Positions 9,365 through 17,124 of a stretch of DNA of 64,000 nt are shown piece by piece. The stretch's first letter is position 1, and every line of letters starts with the position of its first letter. The position numbers were made by a program, and so were the translations under genes. The stretch spans positions 32,001 through 96,000 of the forward strand of contig JBFWWG010000013.1 in assembly GCA_050246315.1 (NCBI GenBank). Reading direction: 5' to 3'. The notes below the pieces were generated by a model. That model was not told where the DNA came from, made no database searches, and saw only the letters and a list, made by a program, of their open reading frames with translations. The DNA comes from Nitrospiraceae bacterium (GTDB lineage: Bacteria > Nitrospirota > Nitrospiria > Nitrospirales > Nitrospiraceae).

Positions 9365-10410
9365 AGAAACTCCGCGTGCTGGTCCTGCTGCATGCGGATC
9401 TGGTTCCGCCGGAATCGGTTGAGGGGGTTGATCTGTCCGACGCGGAATGGAAGACGGAATACGATGTCGTCACCACATTACGGACGTTGGGGCACGAGGT
9501 GCGGCCGCTCGGCGTCAGCGATGAGCTGGCCGTGATCCGGCGGGCTGTGGATGAGTGGAAGCCGCACATCGCCTTCAATCTGCTGGAGGAATTCAACGGA
9601 GTGGCTCTTTACGACCAGAACGTGGTCTCCTATTTGGAACTGCTGCGGGTCCCCTACACGGGATGCAACCCGCGCGGCTTGATGATTGCGCGCGACAAGG
9701 CCCTGGCCAAAAAGATTCTCCACTACCATGCGGTTCCCATCCCGGAATTCTTCACGGCGCCTCCGGGCCGCACGGTCAAACGGCCCAAGGAGTTGGATTT
9801 TCCACTCATTGTGAAGTCGGTGTCCGAGGAGGCGTCCCTGGGCATTGCACAGGCCTCCATCGTCGAAGACGACGAGAAGTTGCACGAACGCGTGGCGTTC
9901 ATCCACCAGAGCCTGGGAACCGGAGCCCTCGTGGAACGCTATATCGAAGGCCGCGAACTCTATGTCGGCGTGCTCGGGAATCGGCGCCTCCACAGCCTTC
10001 CGGTGTGGGAACTCCATCTTGACGGGCTCCCTCCCGACGCCAAACGAATCGCGACACAACGGGTGAAGTGGAGCCGGAAATATCAAAAGAAATATGGGGT
10101 GGCATCTGGAGAAGCGAAGGACTTGCCGGACGAAACGACGGAGACGGTGCAACGCCTCGCGAAGACCGTCTATCACGTGCTGGGCCTCAGCGGCTACGCC
10201 CGAATCGATTTCCGGCTCGATGCCTCGGGGCAGGTGTCGCTGTTGGAAGCGAACCCCAACCCCCAGATCGCTCAGGGCGAAGATTTGGCCGACTCGGCGG
10301 CACACATGGGGTTGGCCTATCCGGCGCTGATCAAACGTATTCTCGACCTGGGCCTGCGCTGGAAGCCCGCGGTCAGCCTTTCGGACCGGAACGTCAGCGG
10401 GTCGTCCTAA
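9361..10410 (+). CDS. ATP-grasp ligase, D-Ala-D-Ala ligase-like
   Basis: VPYTGC, DKALAK, FPLIVK, EASLGI, VERYIEGRE, YARIDFR, LEANPNP. Confidence 0.88.
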   Translation: MKKLRVLVLLHADLVPPESVEGVDLSDAEWKTEYDVVTTLRTLGHEVRPLGVSDELAVIRRAVDEWKPHIAFNLLEEFNGVALYDQNVVSYLELLRVPYTGCNPRGLMIARDKALAKKILHYHAVPIPEFFTAPPGRTVKRPKELDFPLIVKSVSEEASLGIAQASIVEDDEKLHERVAFIHQSLGTGALVERYIEGRELYVGVLGNRRLHSLPVWELHLDGLPPDAKRIATQRVKWSRKYQKKYGVASGEAKDLPDETTETVQRLAKTVYHVLGLSGYARIDFRLDASGQVSLLEANPNPQIAQGEDLADSAAHMGLAYPALIKRILDLGLRWKPAVSLSDRNVSGSS

Positions 10411-10442
10411 CAGGATGTTGAGAAAGTCCGCTGGCTTTCTTG
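10411..10442. repeat. Solo end of the CAGGATGTTG repeat family
   Basis: CAGGATGTTGAGAAAGTCCGCTGGCTTT matches the reverse complement of 7210-7237. Confidence 0.6.
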
Positions 10443-10745
10443 GGGAACGCATTGCCGCTCCATATTGGTGCAATGAGGCTCACCCTGAAGAGGATTCTCT
10501 GTCCGCCAACGTTGATATCGGATCAGGTCTTGCCACAACACTTGAATCGCAATTGCCAAGCACGCAGTAAGATCCTCTCCTTCCTTCTGGTCCGTCCGAA
10601 GCGGACCTGGAGGGCAAGAAGAACCAATGATGCAACGATCGGTCGACCAATTAGATGGCCTATGACTCAATACGAGGGCTTGATTTGTGTTGGAACTATT
10701 GGCAAGATAGTTCGCGTGCCGATTCGTCGATTTGAAATGTAGTAG

Positions 10746-12125
10746 ATGATGTTGGCTTTGCGGTTGCGTCCTAGTTTATTTGCCGTACTCTCGATTCTCT
10801 GTCTCGCGGGTCAACCAGCGGTAGCCTGGGCCCAGTACGGGAAAGCCACGGCGAAGAACAGCTCCTCGGATCGTCCTCGAGCTTCCAGTCCCCAAATCAT
10901 TCCTCAAAAGACAAAGCCCGGCGTACACGCCGGTGAAGCCGAGAGCCTTTATTACGCCGGGGTTGCGCTCCATGCGAAGGGCAACTACGCGGAGGCCGTG
11001 GAGAAATTCAAGGCGGCGCTCCAGAAACGGGAGGACTTTCCCGAGGCTCGCCACGCCATGGGACTTTCTCTGGCTGCGCAGGGCGAGTTGGACGACGCCA
11101 TCGAGGAATATCGAGCCGCGCTGAATGCGCAACCCGAATTCGCCGCCATTCACAACAACCTCGGCGTAACCCTCAGTGAGAAGGGGCGGCTTGACGAGGC
11201 CATCGAAGCCTATCGCCATGCTATTCGATTGCAACCCGGGAACGCCGCTCCCCATCACAATCTCGCCATGGCCTTGGAGGCGAAGGGCGATCTGGACGGG
11301 GCGATCGAAGAATATCGTGAGACCCTGCGCCTGCAGCCAGACAACTCCACCGCCCACAACAATCTGGGCCTGGTGTTGCAGCGAAAGGGTTTGGTCGACG
11401 AGGCGATCGGGGAGTACCGCGCGGCGTTACGGCTTCAGACCGGGCCCGCGGCCGCCTTGTACAGCCTGAACCTGAGCGCCGCCCTCCTGGCGAAGGGAGA
11501 ACTCGACGGTGCGATCGGCTCCGGACGTGCGGCCGTCCGTCTGCAGCCCCAGAATGCCAATGCCCATTACAACCTTGGGTTGGCGCTGAAGGCCAAGGGC
11601 GAGTTCGACGGGGCTCTGGCGACGTTTCGCGAGGTATTGAAACTGGATCCCGGACAGGGGGCGGCGCATTACGACGTGGCGCAGTTGCTCGACCGAACCG
11701 GTGACAGCGATGGAGCCATTGCCGAGTATCGCGCCATGTTGGCCTACCGGCCGACCCATGCTCCCTCGCAGGAGGCCTTGGGGCTTCTGTTGCAACAGAA
11801 GGGCGATTACGACGGAGCGATTACCGCCTACCGTGCGGCCTTACAGGCGGCGCCGAAGAGCGTGACCGCTCAGAATAATCTCGGGGTGGCGTTGTTGAGC
11901 AAGGGGCAGGTCAACGAGGCGTTGACGGCCTTTCGCGCGGCGACCTCGCTGCAGCCCAACGATCCCGTCGCCTATTACAACCTGGGTGAGGCTTTCAGCG
12001 CTCAGAATCAGCGCAACGAGGCGATTCAGTTCTTCCGCAGGTACGTAACGCTGGCCGAAGCCCAGCCGGATCATCGTGAAAGGATCGAAGCGGTGCGGAA
12101 GCAACTTTCGTCGTTGGAACGATAG
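10746..12125 (+). CDS. Exported tetratricopeptide-repeat protein
   Basis: Signal peptide (AVAWA/Q); about 11 34-aa repeats of the type AHNNLG..L..KG..D.AI.EYR.AL.LQP. Confidence 0.92.
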   Translation: MMLALRLRPSLFAVLSILCLAGQPAVAWAQYGKATAKNSSSDRPRASSPQIIPQKTKPGVHAGEAESLYYAGVALHAKGNYAEAVEKFKAALQKREDFPEARHAMGLSLAAQGELDDAIEEYRAALNAQPEFAAIHNNLGVTLSEKGRLDEAIEAYRHAIRLQPGNAAPHHNLAMALEAKGDLDGAIEEYRETLRLQPDNSTAHNNLGLVLQRKGLVDEAIGEYRAALRLQTGPAAALYSLNLSAALLAKGELDGAIGSGRAAVRLQPQNANAHYNLGLALKAKGEFDGALATFREVLKLDPGQGAAHYDVAQLLDRTGDSDGAIAEYRAMLAYRPTHAPSQEALGLLLQQKGDYDGAITAYRAALQAAPKSVTAQNNLGVALLSKGQVNEALTAFRAATSLQPNDPVAYYNLGEAFSAQNQRNEAIQFFRRYVTLAEAQPDHRERIEAVRKQLSSLER

Positions 12126-12132
12126 TCTCCGG

Positions 12133-13386
12133 ATGAGGGAACGTGGGTCGCTGTCGTCTCTTCGGTGCGCAGGGCTCAGTGCGGTGGCGCTCGGTCTCCT
12201 GTGCCTCTTGTCGGCGGGCTGTCTCTCGCCGATCGCGCTGCACCAGGCCGTCCTCGAATATGATCGAGCGGTGGGACGGGTCGAAGCCGAAATGCTCCTC
12301 CTCAACATCGCCCGTTCCCGCCATTTCCTTCCGCAGCACTTTACCGGCGTCTCCAGCGTGGCGGCGACGTTCGAATTCCAGGCAAACGCCGGATTAACGA
12401 GCACGGTCGTCACGCCCGGACCGGACGCCGTTGGTCTCTCGTTCGGCGGCAGCATGGCCGAACGCCCGACGATCACGATCGTGCCGATTCAGGGCGAAGA
12501 ATTCACCAGCCGCATCCTCACGCCCTTCGACGAAGGCCGCGTGATGTTCATGTTTCAGCAGGGCGTCGAACCGGCGATCATTCTGCGCCTGATGGTGAGC
12601 GAGATCCAAGCCAGCGGGTACGGGGAGTCCGCGTCGTACCGCAACATGCCCTATTTCGAGGACGAGTATCGGGAGTTTCGTCGGCGCATCATGCACCTTT
12701 CGTCGTTGAACCTCTCGCGGGATTTGCGAGTCACGTCGTTGATTTTCGAGCAGACCGTGGCGCTACCGCTCTCCGCGCGTTCGGGATCGGGAGATGTGGT
12801 TCGAGGGCTCGACAAGATCATCGACGCCATGGACCGTGGGTATGCCATCGGCGATGTCAGCGAAGAGCCTTCTCTGACCGTGCGGCGTCGGGTCACGGGG
12901 CGGACAGTCATTACGAATTACGACCCCTTGCAATTGCCGAATGAGGAGCGCCGTCTGTTGCACGAAGAGGCACAACGATATCCTCGGAACTATATCCTTG
13001 TTGACATCCGGCCGGATGGTCCGGGCGGAGACTATCCCCTGCACGGGGTCCTGGTCATCCGGAGCTTCACCAATATCATGCGCTTCCTCGCGAACGGCAT
13101 CGCCATCGATCGCGAATACCAAGTCGAGCCCGACGAACGCACGGGCGAAGTCGCGTTCAATGCCGAGCAGACGCTTGAAATCGTCGAGAGCGATTCCCGA
13201 CCGGACCATGCCGCCTTTGCCGTGAAGTTCGAAGGCCGCTGGTACTCGATCGTCAAGGCGTCCAGAGACGACGGTAGGATTGAGCCCTGGAATCTCGGCA
13301 CGTTCCGCATATTGGCGCAGCTATATCAGATGACCGTCACGGATATTTCAAAGACTGCCACCCCCGCGATCACCATCGCGAAGTAA
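12133..13386 (+). CDS. Hypothetical lipoprotein
   Basis: Hydrophobic N-terminus with lipobox SAGC; MLLLNIAR and PTITIVPIQGEEF segments; 417 aa. Confidence 0.75.
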   Translation: MRERGSLSSLRCAGLSAVALGLLCLLSAGCLSPIALHQAVLEYDRAVGRVEAEMLLLNIARSRHFLPQHFTGVSSVAATFEFQANAGLTSTVVTPGPDAVGLSFGGSMAERPTITIVPIQGEEFTSRILTPFDEGRVMFMFQQGVEPAIILRLMVSEIQASGYGESASYRNMPYFEDEYREFRRRIMHLSSLNLSRDLRVTSLIFEQTVALPLSARSGSGDVVRGLDKIIDAMDRGYAIGDVSEEPSLTVRRRVTGRTVITNYDPLQLPNEERRLLHEEAQRYPRNYILVDIRPDGPGGDYPLHGVLVIRSFTNIMRFLANGIAIDREYQVEPDERTGEVAFNAEQTLEIVESDSRPDHAAFAVKFEGRWYSIVKASRDDGRIEPWNLGTFRILAQLYQMTVTDISKTATPAITIAK

Positions 13387-13571
13387 GCCGTTCCGTTGCG
13401 TGCATCGTCGGGGCTCCGCCGCTACGATGGCCGAGACCGTTCATGCTCAAGCCGAGCGCATCCGACGAGTAGACCCCAAAATGTTACGGCTATCTTTCCG
13501 GTGCTCCAGCTTCAGCCGTTCGAGAACGAGTCCTACGCCAGCCACCGAGTGGGCCAGATCCAGCAGGGGCC

Positions 13572-14485
13572 TCACCGCTCGGGCGTGACCGCCACGAACT
13601 GTTTGCGATAGCCGACGACCTTGGTGAGATGCTGGCGGGTCTCGTCGTAGGGCAGCGAGGCGCGCAAACGCTCGTAGAGGGCCGGCGGTTCCATCGCGTG
13701 GATTTCATTGATCGCCGTCGCTTGTTTCTTGGAGAGTGTCTTGAGCACGTTCCCCGGGCCGGTGTTATGCGCCGAGATCACGCAATAGTCCCGCGAGACG
13801 AGGTTGGAGACCCCCGCCAACTCGTTCCAATTCAGCACATTCAGGTACGCACGTACGCCGTGCTCAGTTCGATGATACGCTCGGGATCGAACAGGTAATC
13901 CGGAGTGGGCGTCCGATCGCTCCCCTTGGCGCGCTTGTAGGCCTCGCGGCCGTCGCTGCTCGGCACCAGTTGCATCAGGCCGTAAGCGGGCGCGGACCTG
14001 ACCGCAAAGGGGTTGAAATTGCTCTCGGTGCGAATGATGGCGTAGATCAGGCCGGGACTGATCTTGTACTGTTCCGCGTAGCGCTTCACGAAGGTGCGGT
14101 ACCGCTCGGCTTTTCTCGACTCGATATTCGACACCATCGACACCTTCACGCAATGGGCCTGTTTACTCCCTTCCTCGGTCCGCACCATGCGGGTCTTCAT
14201 CTGTGTCCGAGCCAGTGAGGTTGCGAACCGTTCCGGTTGTTCCCGCGTCTGTCCCGGCTTCGCGTCGACGTCTAGAATCAAGCCATAGAGATTGACCTGT
14301 CGCGCATCGGCCAACGCCACATCTTTATCGGAGAACAGATCCTTGCCGATTTGACTCGCGTCGCGCGACATCGTGGATTCAATGCTTTTCGTTTCGAACG
14401 GCTTTCCTGTGGCCACCCGGTCGATCGCCTTTCCCACATGTCGCATGATTTCGCCACTGCCGCTCACTAACAGCATCACGACCAA
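13572..14485 (-). pseudogene. mltC: Frameshifted MltC-like lytic murein transglycosylase
   Basis: IIRTESNFNP and AYGLMQL lie in one frame, AHNTGPGNV and PYDETR in another; an 8-nt insertion at about 13851-13858 shifts the frame. Confidence 0.8.
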
Positions 14486-15058
14486 CCCGGCCCTTGGGCG
14501 CGCGTGGCCTGCATGGCTTCCACGCGCTCATGTGTCCATCCGAGCCGACGCAGTCCATTGCGGGAGTCGGATCGCGGTTCCCGTATCCGGCGCTGATTTC
14601 AGCAGGATAAGCCGGTCGCCGATTTCGGGTGTCGGTCCGAGCCGAAGGTCGGCCGGCGAGACGACCGGCTGCACCATCGAACGAGGCTGCCTCATCAACT
14701 TCATCCCAGCGAACGGCAATGGCGGGGATGGGGCCACGAGGCTGAGGCGATGGATGTCAGGCCGGACCAGTTCTCCAAGAGGACCGGTCTGCAACCGGGC
14801 TCCTTCCTCCGGTATCGGAGATCGCCAAGGACCAGGGAGGGATTGCCGGGAGCCGCTTGGACGCGACCCGTCGGTCGGACCGGCCTCCTTCGGTCGGAGC
14901 GTACCAAGTCAGACAACCTCCCCTGGTTGGCCCCTCGCGAAATCACCATTGTGTCTGGCGCCTACATTCCGGATAATCATTGGGCCGTTGACTTCGTAGG
15001 CTCGCGTCCACGGCGGGCTTTCAGGAGGCGGGCCATCTGCCGATTGCGGTAGGCCTCA

Positions 15059-15192
15059 GCAGGATGCGGAAAAACCCTGCGTTCATCCTTCGAGGGCCTC
15101 AGGACGAACGGACCAGTCATCGAATATACTGGTGTTTTCCGATCATGCTGAGACCTGTCGAAGCACACTGATCGAGTTTTTCCACAGCCTGC
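15059..15192. mobile_element. 134-bp MITE-like element with internal REP-like inverted repeat
   Basis: TIR GCAGGATGCGGAAAAAC versus GCAGGCTGTGGAAAAAC; internal CTTCGAGGGCCTCAGGACGAACGG ... CCGATCATGCTGAGACCTGTCGAAG. Confidence 0.75.
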
Positions 15193-15211
15193 CAGAAGAG
15201 GAGGTGTGGAG

Positions 15212-15538
15212 ATGGGGAGAGGCAGCGATGGAGCGGGGAAGCCTCGCTCTGTATCGAAGAAGCGGCCGCGTGCCGCCACCAAGCTCGTGTCATTCGAGCA
15301 TTTCGCGCCAGCGGCCCGCGTCGTGACCCTGGTCGGAGATTTCAATGAGTGGGATGTGTCCAAACATCCGATGAAGCTGGGGGTGGGCGGCCAGTGGCAG
15401 GTTGCCGTTCGTCTCAAGCCGGGAACCTACCAGTACAAATTCGTGGTGGACGGTGATCGGTGGGAGGATGATGCTGCGAATCCGAACAAGGTCGTCAACG
15501 AGCACGGAACGACCAACTCCTTGTGCGAAGTGCCGTAA
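15212..15538 (+). CDS. Stand-alone glycogen-binding (CBM48/AMPK-beta-like early-set) domain protein
   Basis: VTLVGDFNEWD, LKPGTYQYKFVVDGDRW, NEHGTTNS; SD GAGGAGG. Confidence 0.9.
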   Translation: MGRGSDGAGKPRSVSKKRPRAATKLVSFEHFAPAARVVTLVGDFNEWDVSKHPMKLGVGGQWQVAVRLKPGTYQYKFVVDGDRWEDDAANPNKVVNEHGTTNSLCEVP

Positions 15539-15632
15539 GGGCCGGCTCCTCCGGTTGGGCGGATGCATGGGGGGCGAGCGTCGCTCGCAGAGAGCACATG
15601 GGAGGAATAGGGTTGAGGGGACGACTGCGGGC

Positions 15633-15833
15633 ATGGCGGGTTCCACGACGCGAGTGGCCCGTCGAAAGGAGCGGAGCCGGCGGGTGCTCATGGAAGTGGG
15701 TCCGACGTGGTTCGATGAGAAGAGTATCGACTGGACCAAGATCGAGGACATCACGGAGCAGGCCGACGGGGTCAGGCAACGGGGAGGCAAGCTCGCTGCG
15801 CAAATACAGGAGAGTTTGAAGGTGCGGTGGTAG
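15633..15833 (+). CDS. Small hypothetical protein
   Basis: 66 aa filling the gap before glgC; purine-rich SD; protein-like composition. Confidence 0.5.
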   Translation: MAGSTTRVARRKERSRRVLMEVGPTWFDEKSIDWTKIEDITEQADGVRQRGGKLAAQIQESLKVRW

Positions 15834-15859
15834 GGCGGATGACGAAAGGAACCGATGAC

Positions 15860-17110
15860 ATGAGCCAAACAGGACGGCAGCCGCGGGTCCTCGCCATGAT
15901 CATGGCGGGAGGCAAGGGCGAGCGCCTCATGCCCTTGACCGAGCAGCGCAGCAAGCCGGCGGTGCCGTTCGGCGGCAAATACCGAATTGTGGACTTCGTG
16001 CTGAGCAACTTCCTGAATTCCGGCGTGATGTCGATGTATGTGCTGGTGCAGTACCGGTCGCAGTCGCTGATCGAGCATTTGCGCCGGGCCTGGCGGATCG
16101 GCGGACGCATCAAGCGACAATTCATCACCGTGGTTCCCCCGCAGATGAAGGCCGGCGGCGGGTGGTACGAAGGGACGGCCGACGCGGTGTTTCACAATCT
16201 GAACCTTATCGAGGACTTCGCCCCGGATCTCGTGGCCGTGTTCGGCGCCGATCACATCTATCGCATGGACATCGCCCGGATGGTGCGGTTTCATCAAGAG
16301 CGGGGCGCCGAGGTTACCGTGGCGGCGAGGCCTGTACCGGTCCAGGCGGCCAAGGGATTCGGGATCATTGAGGCCGACCACAATGGGCGTATCCTCGGAT
16401 TCGATGAAAAACCGAAACATCCCAAGCCGATGCCGGGGGACTCCGAACAGGCGTTCTCATCGATGGGCAACTATATTTTCAACGCGGATGTGTTGCTCAG
16501 GGTGTTACAAGAGGATGCGGCAAGAACGGGTTCGCACGATTTCGGACGGGATATCATCCCCTCCCTGATCGGCCACACCCGACTGGTCGCCTACAATTTC
16601 ATGGACGACGACGTGCCCGGACTCAAACCGTACGAAGAACGGGGGTACTGGCGTGACGTGGGCACGCTCGATGCCTATTGGCAGGCCCACATGGACATCC
16701 TGGGCGAATGCCCCATCTTCGATCTGCGAAACGGCGAATGGCCGATTTTGACCGATACCTTCGACGGTCCGACCGTGAGTGTTGCCAAGGCCAGTATCGA
16801 AGACTCGATGATCGGGCAGGGCGGCCAGATTATCGACGCGGAAATTCGGCGGTCGGTCATCGGGCGGAATGTGCGGATCGAGCCCGGGGCCCGTCTCGAC
16901 GAGTGCGTCGTGCTGGATGGGACGGTGATCGGAGCTAAATCGAGGCTGCGTCGCGTCATCATCGATCGCTTTAACGTGATTCCGGCGGCCTCGGAAATCG
17001 GCGGCGATGCGAAGGAGGATCGGCAGCGCTATCAGGTCACCAAGTCGGGACTTGTCGTTCTCCCGCGGGGGCGTGCGGCGCGTGTCGCTTCGGTGCTCGC
17101 GGGACGGTAG
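15860..17110 (+). CDS. glgC: Glucose-1-phosphate adenylyltransferase
   Basis: MAGGKGERLMPLT, KPAVPFGGKYRIVDF, WYEGTADAV, DHIYRMD, SMGNYIF, YWRDVGT. Confidence 0.96.
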   Translation: MSQTGRQPRVLAMIMAGGKGERLMPLTEQRSKPAVPFGGKYRIVDFVLSNFLNSGVMSMYVLVQYRSQSLIEHLRRAWRIGGRIKRQFITVVPPQMKAGGGWYEGTADAVFHNLNLIEDFAPDLVAVFGADHIYRMDIARMVRFHQERGAEVTVAARPVPVQAAKGFGIIEADHNGRILGFDEKPKHPKPMPGDSEQAFSSMGNYIFNADVLLRVLQEDAARTGSHDFGRDIIPSLIGHTRLVAYNFMDDDVPGLKPYEERGYWRDVGTLDAYWQAHMDILGECPIFDLRNGEWPILTDTFDGPTVSVAKASIEDSMIGQGGQIIDAEIRRSVIGRNVRIEPGARLDECVVLDGTVIGAKSRLRRVIIDRFNVIPAASEIGGDAKEDRQRYQVTKSGLVVLPRGRAARVASVLAGR

Positions 17111-17124
17111 CGACAACAAGAGGC

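Noticed and set aside
9361..10410. Gene symbol ddl
   Set aside because: Lacks the Ddl N-terminal GGxSxE and EVNTxPG motifs and the cell-wall gene context
14486..15058. Several short overlapping ORFs, including a minus-strand tail EAYRNRQMARLLKARR cut by the MITE
   Set aside because: Possibly gene remnants, but no family can be recognised and none has a convincing start
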